From contig CP000071.1 in assembly GCA_000002445.1 (NCBI GenBank), positions 704,001 through 768,000 on the forward strand: DNA of 64,000 nt, in the 5' to 3' direction. The notes under the pieces were generated by a model. It did not search any database, was not told the DNA's origin, and saw only the letters and a list, made by a program, of their open reading frames with translations. This DNA is from Trypanosoma brucei. Taxonomy: Eukaryota. Positions 52,526-63,680 of the stretch are shown piece after piece. Each line of letters starts with the position of its first letter. Positions within the stretch are counted from its first letter, which is position 1. Both the position numbers and the translations under genes were made by a program.

Positions 52526-53827
52526 ATGGCAAGGTTTCAATCTTCTGTGGTTTCCCGTGCGCCGGCATTTACATTTGTTATGTTTTCACTGGTAGCGGCG
52601 GGAGTTCCAAGAGTTATTCCTGGAGCTGATGGCTCCGTAGCCACTGAAACGAAGGGAAAGGGTGGGGCTGTCCGTGAAAACAGGGAGGGCAAATGTGCTT
52701 CCAGGATTGTGTCATATTTAAGGCGTGCCGTTACGCAGCGGGCGGAACTTACACAGCGAGAGTTACGGGCCCGTGCAAACCTCAACGAAGCGCGCAGTGT
52801 AGCCTTAGAGGAGGAAGACGGCCAGCGGGAGCCAAAGAATGACACACATCAACGTATCATGGAGGCCTGGGGTGTTGTAGGAGCTGTTAATGACGATATT
52901 ATCCGTTTCAACGAGAGGACGATTAAACAACATGGAGACGTGCCGTGTGTGTGCATTAACGAAGTGTTCGGCGGGCCGGACATCAGGGCTGCGGGCGCCG
53001 CCACCTCATGGAAGGAAATAGTGTTGCTGCAGATGGATCTTCTTTTCATGTATTGGAAACTATATTGGGAAACGCTGCACGGCGTGTGGCTGTTTACATT
53101 TGAGGAATATGCGCCGTACGAGAAGCTCTACGGCGACACGGTGGGGCACTATCAGCGGAAAGTGCAGGAACTGAGGACAGAATTGGAACGCACCAGCACC
53201 CTTAGCGCTGACAAGGATGTCAACCCGCTGGTGGGCTTTGCGCACTTGGCTCTCACACACACGAAGATCTGGACCTACAGTGCAGTACCCTGGGTAACTC
53301 AAATTACTGTGGTTCTTTTTGTGCTCTTGTTTCTGCCTTTTATTATGAGTGCCACCGTACTTTCCAACTTTGTGTGGCGGTTGTGGCTACAGCTGTTCGT
53401 CGCACATCATGTATACGGATTAACAGCGGATGGGATCCTCGACTCGCTCCGGGAGTACATCAGTCTTGTCACAAGTCAAAAGTGGAAGGAACTGCAGGGG
53501 CGCTTAATAACTGGACTCTCGGCACTCGCATTCGGTGGTAGTTGTGGTACCTTTTTCAGCCTCCTCCCTGCCATGATATTCATTTTTGCTACCGTTGTGT
53601 TCATGGTTACGCTCATGTGCGTGTGGACCAGGCTGCCGCTTATGTTGCTTTTATTTTGTGAAGAAGCAGAGGCAGAACGCTCGGTTAAGCTTGCTCCAGC
53701 TGATGTGAAAAACAAGCAGTCGGACGTAAAAAGTAAAAATGGTGGGGGCTCGGAAAAGACCACCGCTACTAAAGGTAAAAGGAACTTAAAAAAGGGCCCC
53801 AATGACACCGAAAAGTGCAAATCGTAG
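52526..53827 (+). CDS. hypothetical multi-pass membrane protein, about 433 aa
   Basis: The track start is GTG 52385, and the translated extension is the K/R/N-rich reading of an A-rich UTR. The first ATG at 52526 gives the hydrophobic N-terminus 'MARFQSSVVSRAPAFTFVMFSLVAAG'. C-terminal hydrophobic blocks are 'VTQITVVLFVLLFLPFIM' and 'FFSLLPAMIFIFATVVFMVTLMCVW'. Confidence 0.5.
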   Translation: MARFQSSVVSRAPAFTFVMFSLVAAGVPRVIPGADGSVATETKGKGGAVRENREGKCASRIVSYLRRAVTQRAELTQRELRARANLNEARSVALEEEDGQREPKNDTHQRIMEAWGVVGAVNDDIIRFNERTIKQHGDVPCVCINEVFGGPDIRAAGAATSWKEIVLLQMDLLFMYWKLYWETLHGVWLFTFEEYAPYEKLYGDTVGHYQRKVQELRTELERTSTLSADKDVNPLVGFAHLALTHTKIWTYSAVPWVTQITVVLFVLLFLPFIMSATVLSNFVWRLWLQLFVAHHVYGLTADGILDSLREYISLVTSQKWKELQGRLITGLSALAFGGSCGTFFSLLPAMIFIFATVVFMVTLMCVWTRLPLMLLLFCEEAEAERSVKLAPADVKNKQSDVKSKNGGGSEKTTATKGKRNLKKGPNDTEKCKS

Positions 53828-54546
53828 CGCGGGGTAGCATCCCGTGGATTCTCAGTGGTGGTGGTGGTGAAAACATTAGTAGATTGTTTTTTTTTCTCCC
53901 TGTTTTTTATCTTTTGGAGGGGTTCGTGTCGCAATACGAGGGGTAATGGTGGTTGGTGATATTGGGCGACTGTCACTGGTAGGTTGGCATCTTAAAAAAG
54001 GGAACGGGAATGGGAAATAATGTCGTGGGGGTGTTTGAAAGGCGCTCTCGTATCGCATTGTAGCCGACTCGCATTCGATTAATTTCCCCCCTCTTCTTCC
54101 TTTGACGGCCCGTGTGGCACATTTTGCGGTGCACGCGCATGAACGAATGTAATGGTATTTTCCAAGTGCTCTACTGCGTTGAGGAGTCTTGGTTGCGAGC
54201 GCCACCAACTGCAACAACAAGTTACGTGGTGGTGTGGCGTGCCAAAGCTGGCGTGCATGTGTGTTTGCATATTCCGTTATCGGCATTTATATTACTCTGC
54301 AGTTTCCGTAACTGCATACACACCCCAGTATTTTTTTCCTTTGTTCTAAAAATTAAAAAAAAATAGTCCGTGGCGGTGCTCCTGCTTTTCAGCTCGCATG
54401 GGAAAGAAATATTGCCTTTTTCGGTGTGGTGCTGCTGTCGTTTTGATTTCTCCTTCTATTCCTACACTTCTTCTTTCATCCATAACATCTTAATTATACA
54501 TATGCATATATATATGCATATTCTTGTGGTGAAAGTACTCCGCTTG

Positions 54547-57500
54547 ATGCCGAACCATGGAAAGAGTAAGGCAAAAGGGACGGAAGAAAAGAAAGCTCGC
54601 CGCCGCAACAGTGCGGTTGCAAAGGACGATAGCGCCAACAATGTCCGGAGCGACCGTAAGGTGAATGATTCAGTCAAGTCGGCTCCAGCACCGGAGCAGC
54701 GCTTGCAGTTGTCCCTTGACCGTTCTGTATTTAGTTCGTCACAATTCTCCGCCCCGACGTTCGTTAACAACATCACAAATAGAGTTTTGTTTCCCCTGCT
54801 TATGTCCCGCGGCTGGAAAGAAGAAACCGCGGGGGGGATGAAGCGTTTCACCGAGAACGGTGTGGTTGGAAGTACCACCACCCGAGCTGATGCAGAAGCA
54901 GGGCAAGCGCATGGTGAGGAGGGGAGCACCGGGAGTGACCGGGGAGCTGTCGCCACTAGTCTTACGACAACTATTGCGGCCGCTCTCCGCGAAATCGAGA
55001 AAATGCAGGAAACTGAGGAGCAATCGCTCCAACTCCACGAAGTTCGTTGCCGTCGTTTGGAGATTAGGGAGAAACGAAAACTCGCTACAGTACGGCTGGG
55101 ACTAGAGGATACAACAGCGCGGCTGCACGACTACGAGTCGCGTGTGTGCAACGCCGCTGCTGCAATCGCGGGTATTGAGCAACACCTCGCCCAATCGAAC
55201 GCCCGAGTGCTTCGCGGCCGATCGGTTTCTGTCCTTCTAAATCACTTCCGTATGCTTACAGCAATACAAAAGAAGGACCTGACCAGCGCACTTAAGGGTC
55301 TGAAAAAGGCTCGGGCAGAGCAGAGAGAGAAAATAACCGCACAGTGGAAGACGTGTAGTGTATTGCCGGCAGAGACCGTTTACTTCGACTGGGATATAGA
55401 TGCCAGTGCTAGAAGAGGCGATGGGGTTGGGATTTGTAGTGACTATGAAAACGGCGTGAAGGACCGTACAATGCGTGATACCTACGAAGGCGAGAGTAGG
55501 CTGTCAAGTAGGAGGCACCACACGAGCATCAGCTCCCGTGTGCACGGTCAGTCGGGCGGCACGTCGCGTGAAGGCCTTCACCATCTTGAGGAGGCGGCGA
55601 TCGCCGCAGGTCTTGACCGTGCTTTTGTTGTGAGGAGTTCTACAGAAGCACAAGTGGAGTGGTGTCAGAGGCTACTGCATTTGCGTGGGGAGCTCGATGG
55701 GATTGTGAAAAATACGGCGAATGTGGATGTATACGTGAACTGGCTAAGGGAAGAACTGATGAATGATATCTTCCACCTTGTGGAGTGCTTCAATGGTGTT
55801 CATGGCGAGCTTGCTGAAATCGCAGCACAGGACCCATATGGTCGAACACTGCTTCGCACGATGGAGTTCGTATCCCGCCTGTACACTACCATCACAACCT
55901 CGCATGACGCATTGTTGTTGGATTTCTACAGCCATACTATCAGTCAAATGTGTTCTTCACTCTTTAAAGATTACTCCCCCGAGCCGCTGCGGGTTGTGCC
56001 GACATTTGAAAAGGCTAAAAAAGGATCTAGCAGTTCGAAGGCTTCGCAGGAACCCGTAAATCAGGCCAACACGGCTATGCAACACTACCGGACATCGTTG
56101 GAAGGGTGCCTTCGTGGTGCATTTAGCTTTTTTGTATCTCGTGCGCGGCGGGATGTTATCATCGTAGAAGCGATATTCGGTACAACATACACAGCGAGGC
56201 ACCATCTGCTAACACAAATGACGAAGGGTGTTGTAGAACCCTTCCTTGTGAACCAGATGAAGCTCGCTGAGGATCACGAACGGGAAATAAGGGAGGCAGA
56301 GTCTAGACTTTCTCCAAGATCCAGGAACCGTGCGGCAGCGCAAATGGTCGATGCGATTACATACAAGCACACCGTGCAAACAGAACTGTTTGTGTTGTTC
56401 CAAGAGTACGTGCAAGAGATTCGGCGCACATTCACCTGCGGCGAGGCAGATTTCCTCGACAAGTATGTGGACTCACTGTTTGGTACGAGTCGGGCTAGCT
56501 ACTCAGAAGCCGAATTGTTACGTCGCCACTATTCATTACTGGAGGAGTCATATGCACCGAAGCTTCGCAACGTCAGTGGGGAGGTCTTTGACCTCCGCAG
56601 CGAGCACATGCAAATGACGAAGGAGTTAGTTCAGTGTTTTGTTGAACTTTCAAATCGGATACGGATTTACGCGCGACCAGAAGACGTTAGGGAAAGAATG
56701 GTTGAGCTTGTGGAAACTACATTGCAGCAACTGGGGAGGGTGCTGGAAGCAGAACTCCGCAAAACTGTTGATTTTATGAGAAATAGTCGTGATACTTGGC
56801 GATCAAAGCCAAAGAACGAGGAAGACATATTACGTAATATCGATAGCGAGCCCCAGCAGTGTGGATTGCGCATGTTACTGTTCGCTCAGTCCACGATGAT
56901 TAGCCTAGACGACGCTATAGCAGCAAGTTGTGACCATCTGTTACAACATGAACCACAGTTTGTTACCACCATCGAGGCGAAGAAGGTGGCTGCCTTCCAG
57001 GCTCTTGACGAAAGAGCGGAGTTGCTGCTGAATTTCTGTGCACATGCCATTGTGGTACGCTCCCTTTCTATACTACTTCACTTCCAGCATCGGAATGACT
57101 ACGTCCCTAAAGTAGCGAAAGGAGGAGAAGGCGAGGTGATCGCACCACCGTGTACGGGAGCCTGCTCACTTTTTTGCAAATATGTCGCACAAGAGTTTGA
57201 AAGGGCAAAGGAGTTCATCAAAATGTCAGGGGGGTTGGCATCGCACCGAAACACGTCGCCACAAGCTCCTGCCGCCGAACAACTCCCCCCATCGAGCCAG
57301 TTCTTTTCGTCAGGCTCGATGCCTTCCGGTCAGCATATGTGGTCACAGAACTATTGCCTATACAGCAGCGGCGTATGCAGCAGTGGCAATATGGGTAGCG
57401 CCCTCGGACCAACGGCCCAAATAGATTCTCCGGATGGCGCGCGGCAGCGTGCTCGGCAGATGAACTTACAGCAGTTGCTGTACGGCGATGGGGGCGCTTC

Positions 57501-57843
57501 TTCTTTTGTCCGCACCGTTGGGGTGTGTCTCTATCGTGGTATCAGCATCCATCTAAAAGGCTTTTCTGTGTCAGACCGTGGGGCTCTTGTTTACAAGCGG
57601 GATGTGACAGCTTATGTGGAGGCGATGGCGCCGCTCACGCGGGTACCAGGTCTTGATGGAGCGGTCATTGATGTTCTTTTCCGACTGTTAAAGGAAACAG
57701 CGAGCCTGTTAATTATGCCTCCGGATCACATTAAAGGAGTGTGGGACACAGGCTTGTTGAGGCTTTTGAGTCATGATGAGAAGGTTCAATTCGTTAAGAT
57801 GAGGGTGGATCTGCACGACAAGTTTCGTGATGTTGTGAAGTGA
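54547..57843 (+). CDS. large hypothetical protein, about 1098 aa
   Basis: The track start is GTG 54370 inside a pyrimidine/TA-rich tract; the first ATG beyond it is 54547 ('MPNHGKSKAKGTEEKKARRRN'). It is a long non-repetitive ORF apart from a Ser/Gln-rich patch near the C-terminal third. No domain recognised. Confidence 0.5.
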   Translation: MPNHGKSKAKGTEEKKARRRNSAVAKDDSANNVRSDRKVNDSVKSAPAPEQRLQLSLDRSVFSSSQFSAPTFVNNITNRVLFPLLMSRGWKEETAGGMKRFTENGVVGSTTTRADAEAGQAHGEEGSTGSDRGAVATSLTTTIAAALREIEKMQETEEQSLQLHEVRCRRLEIREKRKLATVRLGLEDTTARLHDYESRVCNAAAAIAGIEQHLAQSNARVLRGRSVSVLLNHFRMLTAIQKKDLTSALKGLKKARAEQREKITAQWKTCSVLPAETVYFDWDIDASARRGDGVGICSDYENGVKDRTMRDTYEGESRLSSRRHHTSISSRVHGQSGGTSREGLHHLEEAAIAAGLDRAFVVRSSTEAQVEWCQRLLHLRGELDGIVKNTANVDVYVNWLREELMNDIFHLVECFNGVHGELAEIAAQDPYGRTLLRTMEFVSRLYTTITTSHDALLLDFYSHTISQMCSSLFKDYSPEPLRVVPTFEKAKKGSSSSKASQEPVNQANTAMQHYRTSLEGCLRGAFSFFVSRARRDVIIVEAIFGTTYTARHHLLTQMTKGVVEPFLVNQMKLAEDHEREIREAESRLSPRSRNRAAAQMVDAITYKHTVQTELFVLFQEYVQEIRRTFTCGEADFLDKYVDSLFGTSRASYSEAELLRRHYSLLEESYAPKLRNVSGEVFDLRSEHMQMTKELVQCFVELSNRIRIYARPEDVRERMVELVETTLQQLGRVLEAELRKTVDFMRNSRDTWRSKPKNEEDILRNIDSEPQQCGLRMLLFAQSTMISLDDAIAASCDHLLQHEPQFVTTIEAKKVAAFQALDERAELLLNFCAHAIVVRSLSILLHFQHRNDYVPKVAKGGEGEVIAPPCTGACSLFCKYVAQEFERAKEFIKMSGGLASHRNTSPQAPAAEQLPPSSQFFSSGSMPSGQHMWSQNYCLYSSGVCSSGNMGSALGPTAQIDSPDGARQRARQMNLQQLLYGDGGASSFVRTVGVCLYRGISIHLKGFSVSDRGALVYKRDVTAYVEAMAPLTRVPGLDGAVIDVLFRLLKETASLLIMPPDHIKGVWDTGLLRLLSHDEKVQFVKMRVDLHDKFRDVVK

Positions 57844-58347
57844 AAACTGTGCTTCATCTCAACGAGGAGCAAAGACTGACAGGATGATGCAGTAGGCGAG
57901 AGGGGAGATATACAGATGTATGAGCAGGACTCGGGGTTCCTTCTTTTCGTTGCTGGTGGCCTTTTAGTCGTCTTTTAAGTGCGTGGTTATACACTCACAT
58001 GGGAAGGGGGGGAGAATGACCCTTCGATCTTGTGGTTTGCCCCTCTGATAAACATACGTGACTCAGCTGCTGCACATGAAAGTCGTCATGTTTTTGTTGT
58101 TCTGAATTGCTTGTAAACTCATTTACATTTGCTTTATCCTTACCGGATCTACGTATGGTCTTGCGCCAAAACATACACACATACCTATTTTCACTATATG
58201 CGTGTAAAGCGAAGCCAACACCGTCGGTCTTCCGTTGCTCTCTTTTTGGATCGCTGCGTTCCATTAGCAACCGCTCAGTCGCCAAGAGATCGCTCTCGCT
58301 CTTCACCTACATCCACTTGTTTGTTAGGTATCAATTCTCTCATATAC

Positions 58348-58366
58348 ATATATATATATATATATA
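58348..58366. repeat. (AT)9-10 microsatellite in the spacer upstream of the next gene
   Basis: 'atatatatatatatatata', a direct read about 80 nt upstream of ATG 58449. Confidence 0.9.
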
Positions 58367-58448
58367 AACGCCTGTTTAACACCTTCCGTAGTTCTACTAG
58401 ACAATACGAAGCACCTCTTTATCGTGTAGGCTGAGCGGCCCGACTCTC

Positions 58449-60086
58449 ATGGCGGTGTCGGGATCGGAGTCAGGGACGTCCGAAGGAAAGTTGAGTATTA
58501 GTTCAGGGACATCAAGCCACAATTCGTTTTCTTCCTCCTCTTCACCCTCCACAGAGGGAGGAATACAAGCGGATGAGCCAGCAGCGGAGACTGGCACGAG
58601 CAGTAAGAGCTCAGCTGCAGGTGTCAGCCCGGCGGCCGATTGCACAAATGGGCTGGAAGCAGAATATGCTTTACGGCGTATAAGCGTCGGGTCACACAAG
58701 AAAATAGATGCAGGCGAAGCGGAGATGCACGGCAAAGGCGAGAACCAAGTTGGAGGAAGTAATCAGCTTTTGAAAGATTCACCATGTGTGCATGTCAGTA
58801 GGAGGGCAGAAGAACCAAAAGTGCAGGGGGGACAACCGCGTGGACGGAGAGAAAAGCAACAGGGCCCCACCAATGAAAACACGAACTCTGGCCCCGGGTC
58901 AGCCGACGCTGCATCGCGGCTACGGTTCCTTGAAGAAATGTTGCTTCACATGACCGCTCTAAACAAGGAGCTAGAAATGGATCTCACGAAAACGAAGAAG
59001 GAGCTTCGGGAATACAAACAAGCCTTTCAACGGTCGCACTCTCGTACAGCTTACGAAACACCTACTCAGTCAGTGAATGCACGAAACGTTGACTCGGAGT
59101 GGGGGGAGATACGCAGCAGGGATGCATTGTATCCGGTGGCACGCACGAGGGAGGCGCAGCGACGGCAATGTCATGTGGATCCGCATTCGGACATTAGGGG
59201 CAGTCGGGCCGCATCGTCAAGACCATCTGCCCACCGCCGGGCGGGGGCTGACGGGCGCTTAGAGAAAAGGATTTCATCTAGTGCATTTGGTACGTGCCCA
59301 CCGAAGGGAGTAGGATCAACTCGGGTTACCAAAGAAGCAGTTTCTGGTCGGGAACTGAGTCGTGGTAGGAGTGGGGCTGTAAATGGCTTGCTTCGTCACC
59401 CCTCCGCACAACGGAGGTACTCCACGGCTCCGACAGTTGAGGCCCGACCATCAGGAGTGATGTCACGCGGGGAACATTCGCGGCAGTGCGGCCAAGTTCG
59501 CGACTACTCTCAAGATTGCAGAGATGCCCATGGTAGGAAGTCCGAGCCGCGCCGCGAGAACTCTGGGCCCTGCGCGGGTCGCCGAAAAAGCAGGTCACCA
59601 CAACCAATCCAAAGGGATCCTTCGAATCACAGAAAAGCTCCGCGGAGGAGCCCAGGATCCGCTCCACAACCACCATCAGGCACTCAGACAGTAAAACTGC
59701 GGGGAGCGAGGCCCACAGGGTCAGTGGCAGGACCCTGCAGTAGAAGCAGGTCGGCACCGAAGCAGAGCACCGAAGTTGTTAGCATACCGGCGCCTTTGCC
59801 AAGGAATCATAGAAACGCATCAGCGACGGCTACAGTTGCACCAGGTCGAGGTCGGTCGTCCAGGAACTTTTCCCATGCAGTAGCAACGGCAGGTAAACCG
59901 ACCAGCAAGCACGCGGCCAGTGGTAGAGCCGTTCCCCGTTCTGTGGAAAGCACTCTAACTCAGACTCAGACCGTAACTCCTGCCCCAGAAGGTAATATAG
60001 AGGATGTAGCGGCGCTTCAGCGGCGGTATTGGCAGCAATCACGAGACATCTTAGAGCAGCTTAACCGGTTGCTGGAAGAAGATTAA
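58449..60086 (+). CDS. hypothetical Ser/Arg/Pro-rich basic protein with a short central coiled coil, 545 aa
   Basis: ATG ORF with an S-rich N-terminus, 'LRFLEEMLLHMTALNKELEMDLTKTKKELREYKQAFQ' heptad segment, then an R/S/P-rich low-complexity C-terminal half. A real gene is plausible, but low complexity lowers confidence. Confidence 0.4.
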   Translation: MAVSGSESGTSEGKLSISSGTSSHNSFSSSSSPSTEGGIQADEPAAETGTSSKSSAAGVSPAADCTNGLEAEYALRRISVGSHKKIDAGEAEMHGKGENQVGGSNQLLKDSPCVHVSRRAEEPKVQGGQPRGRREKQQGPTNENTNSGPGSADAASRLRFLEEMLLHMTALNKELEMDLTKTKKELREYKQAFQRSHSRTAYETPTQSVNARNVDSEWGEIRSRDALYPVARTREAQRRQCHVDPHSDIRGSRAASSRPSAHRRAGADGRLEKRISSSAFGTCPPKGVGSTRVTKEAVSGRELSRGRSGAVNGLLRHPSAQRRYSTAPTVEARPSGVMSRGEHSRQCGQVRDYSQDCRDAHGRKSEPRRENSGPCAGRRKSRSPQPIQRDPSNHRKAPRRSPGSAPQPPSGTQTVKLRGARPTGSVAGPCSRSRSAPKQSTEVVSIPAPLPRNHRNASATATVAPGRGRSSRNFSHAVATAGKPTSKHAASGRAVPRSVESTLTQTQTVTPAPEGNIEDVAALQRRYWQQSRDILEQLNRLLEED

Positions 60087-60946
60087 GCGACGTGCGGTAC
60101 CAGTCTCTGGTTCTATCCTCTACGCTCATTCCTTCTTCATCTGAGCTATGTTTGGCCTCCTTTTGTTCGTAGTTGTTAGAGCTTTCAGAAGGGTTCGTGT
60201 TGTCGTATTTGGGGTGAGTCGTAACCAGCCGGGTTTCTAGCGGGACTGCACGCAAAAATAGTGAGTTAAGTCAACAAAAACGTATTTATAGTGCGCATGG
60301 ATCAGCGTTCGAGCGTGCGTTTGTATGTGCGCACTTGTGAGATGTTTTTATCCCGCCGCTCTTGGAGAGCGGAGGTGCAAAAGGAAAAAGGTGGCGAAAA
60401 ATAATAATGCATTGTTGAGTGGGGAGTTAGAAAGAAGAAGAGTTGAGGAGCGTTGGGATGGAATTGTTTGAGGGGCCGTGATCCTTAACATAAAAAAAGC
60501 GGGAGAGTTTGCATCTAAAAGAACAGATAAGTGTGGGACCCTTGTTGCTTCGAGGGGGAAGAAGGGTGACTCTGCTGTTGCTGCAGAAGGGGTCAAGTAG
60601 ACCTCTGGGGGGTTTGGTTTTGCAGCGACTCTAAGTAAGAGGTATGGTCTCCGAATTTTTTTTTCATAACTGAGAGGAGCCGAAAAGCGGCTTTCATGAG
60701 ATAAAGCGTCCCAGTCACGCTGCCACTACCCGACACGCCCCCGTTGGGCTTCTTTGTATGTGTCTTCTCATTGCGTTGTTGAGATCATTTTCCGCTCCCT
60801 TTGACAAATACCCGTGCGTAAGTACGAATACGCATATTTCATGATTTTTTTTCCTTCTCCACTTCACTTCACCTTCGCGGCCACCCAAACAACAACATTC
60901 CACTTGATTGTTCCTGTCTCTTATCGTACACATGGAAGGCTGAAGA

Positions 60947-62887
60947 ATGGGCATGAAGCTGCAGCAACCACATCAGGCACGTAGCGGCGGAGAAAAGAGC
61001 ATGGGCAGAAACGAAGAGCTGAGGAAAAAGACGGAAGAGCTTGTACGGCAGCGTACCGCTGAGCTCCGAGAAGCAAGGACCCGCGAAGAAAAGCAGCAGC
61101 TGCGCGGCCGCTGGGTGACGGATGCAGACGCATTGGGAAATGCTGAAGCGCGTAAACGCGAACAGTTTCAGCGAAGCGCCCCGAAGCGTGCAGCGCGTGT
61201 GAATCTTTTCGGGAAACTAGAGAACACAAACACAGGACTGGAGCTGGAGGAGCGAGAGGTGTCGGACCGCGTCACGCAGGATGATGTGGTCGCTGCTGTC
61301 GACCTACAATCCAAAAGCAAGAAGTATGAACTGGTACTGGACAAACTGGGCCCATACAAACTGGACTTCAGCGCAAATGGAACACATTTGCTGCTCGCTG
61401 GTCTACGCGGTCACATGGCGAATATCCGCTGGAAGGATTTTGCTCTTAATGGTGAAACACAACTAAAGGACCGCATTGACGACGCTAAGTTTCTCATTGA
61501 CCATACCATAACCGCGGTAGCTCAAAAGAAGTTTGTTTACATGTACACAAAAGAGGGAGCGGAGATGCATGTTCTCCCTAGTATGGCAAATATGAATCGT
61601 CTGGCATACCTGCCGCGTCATCTGTTGCTATGCGCTGCGTCCACACAGTATAGTGTTATGCAATATATGGACATCAGCACGGGGCAAGAACTAGGAACCA
61701 AGGTTCCTTCGGTTGTGCGGGATCCCACTTCCTGCATGGCCGTCAACCCAAGTAACGGTGTCGTGGCCACTTGCGACCTCCGTGGTCTGGTAAAACTATG
61801 GTCGCCTAGTGTTGTGGATCCCTTAGTGCAGCTGAAGGGCCACAAGGGCGTCATCGATGATATCTGCTTTCACCCAAACGGCCGCTTCTTCGTTACTCTT
61901 GGCGGCGATCATAAATTCAAAGTGTGGGACTGCCGCACATTACGTGCTCTAGAGGAATACGCCGTTACGTACGCGTTCAACACCATCGACGTCTCTAGCT
62001 CGGGGTATGTGGCGATGGGTGGTGGCACCAACGTGCAAATTTGGAAGGACCTTTTCACTGCCTCCCGCCCTAACTCCCCGTATTTGAAATTTGGTCTCGG
62101 TTACGGCAACATCGCTCAGCAGCTACGGTTCTGCCCGTTCGAGGACGTAATTGGTGTGGGTCACTCACGTGGCTTCCATTCACTTCTTATCCCGGGTGCT
62201 GGTGACGCAAATCCTGACTTCTTCTATGCAAACCCGCACGAGACAGAGCGCCATCGAAAGGAGAGAGTTGTTTCGACGCTGTTGGATAAGTTGCCGCCCG
62301 ATATGATATCGCTTGACATCCAGGTCCCAGGAGTGAATACCGCACGGCTCGCAGAGTATAACGAGAACATCCGACTTAACAAAAAGGCGCGTGCCATCCG
62401 TGAAAAGAAAGAGCGGCGAGCAGATAAGTCGCTCGGGGATGCAGCTCCAACCGGACTGCTGGTTGGAAATGATGAAGAGGTTGACGAAGATTTAGGATAC
62501 AAGGAGCGTCCGGTAACAAAAGAACTCAAATCAAAGAAGGAGGTGGCAAAGGAGCGCAAAATGCAGAAATGGGATAAAAAGGATAGTGCGGACAAGGTGC
62601 GCTCAAAGCAAACCATGCGAACTTCGAAAATAGTGCAACAGCGACGGGCCAGGATGCAGCGGCTGAGCGGTGCAATGGGATCGGATGATGAAGAAGAGAA
62701 GAAAGCAGAGCAAAATCGGTTAAAAAGGCATCGCCGCGAGGAGGAGGACGCGGCTGACGACGTACGGGAGTTGTATGGCCGGCGTGACGAAGGTTCCAGT
62801 AAGGCGGTGAACCGCGGGAAGAGTGAAATGACCGTGATGACGCCCTCCGTGAAGAAAAATGCCGCCCTCAGGCGTTTGATGGGGTAG
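60947..62887 (+). CDS. UTP7: UTP7 / BING4-family WD40-repeat U3 snoRNP (SSU processome) protein, 646 aa
   Basis: WD-repeat region ('GHKGVIDDICFHPNGRFFVTLGGDHKFKVWD') followed by the BING4 C-terminal domain 'GYGNIAQQLRFCPFEDVIGVGHSRGFHSLLIPGAGDANPDFFYANPHETERHRKE'. The C-terminal part is K/R/E-rich, typical of nucleolar proteins. Confidence 0.8.
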   Translation: MGMKLQQPHQARSGGEKSMGRNEELRKKTEELVRQRTAELREARTREEKQQLRGRWVTDADALGNAEARKREQFQRSAPKRAARVNLFGKLENTNTGLELEEREVSDRVTQDDVVAAVDLQSKSKKYELVLDKLGPYKLDFSANGTHLLLAGLRGHMANIRWKDFALNGETQLKDRIDDAKFLIDHTITAVAQKKFVYMYTKEGAEMHVLPSMANMNRLAYLPRHLLLCAASTQYSVMQYMDISTGQELGTKVPSVVRDPTSCMAVNPSNGVVATCDLRGLVKLWSPSVVDPLVQLKGHKGVIDDICFHPNGRFFVTLGGDHKFKVWDCRTLRALEEYAVTYAFNTIDVSSSGYVAMGGGTNVQIWKDLFTASRPNSPYLKFGLGYGNIAQQLRFCPFEDVIGVGHSRGFHSLLIPGAGDANPDFFYANPHETERHRKERVVSTLLDKLPPDMISLDIQVPGVNTARLAEYNENIRLNKKARAIREKKERRADKSLGDAAPTGLLVGNDEEVDEDLGYKERPVTKELKSKKEVAKERKMQKWDKKDSADKVRSKQTMRTSKIVQQRRARMQRLSGAMGSDDEEEKKAEQNRLKRHRREEEDAADDVRELYGRRDEGSSKAVNRGKSEMTVMTPSVKKNAALRRLMG

Positions 62888-63680
62888 GGAACATGCTGAC
62901 GGCTTATCAAATTATCGGGGACGTGGTTTTGGTCCCAACACTCAAGCTCGCGTTGGTCAGTGACGTGAGAATTCTCGGGTTAGTCTTCGCGGAGCAGACG
63001 GCTTTATGTGGGGGCACCAGGTGGCGAAGTCGAAAATGGCGACACACCGAAAGAAAGAAGGTGACCAAAAGAAGTTTTCTGGACGGTTAAGGCACGATGC
63101 ACTTTTAAAAGGTAAGCGCACAATTGTATGCCAGTCAATCATTAAAATATTTAAGTTGATGGATGACATTAAGCCCAAACTCGTTTCCCCCTTTTGCAGA
63201 AAAATATGTCGATTCGACTGTCATAAAGCTAGTGGGGGTTCGGTTTGTGAGCCTCTCAAATTCTTCTCTATCACGTTTTCTTTTTTCACGAACAAGGAAT
63301 GAACCAATTCGACAGTAGGTGAACATAAAGTGGCCGCTCGCTCTCCCCTCGCACTACTTCGAGGTGGTGACACAATGGAAACTAATCGCACAAGAATAGC
63401 GAAGGTCACAAGGCCAGGGCAGGTGTGTTAATGACTTCGAGTCGAGGCAGGAAAAAAGAATTGTATTCGTGTTTGAACCTCTTAACGGGGGACCCTTGCT
63501 TCCGGGAGCTGAGACTGCTCGAATAGTTTCCCCCCCCCTCCCCCGCTAACACGTCTCTCTGAACATCCCGTTGGTTTTATTATTGTTATTGTTGTTATTT
63601 TTTTACACCCTGCCTCAAGTAAACAGCGCTCTATCAGAAGTGACCTGTGGCCCTTGTTGCACTCATCGCCCACTGCTGTG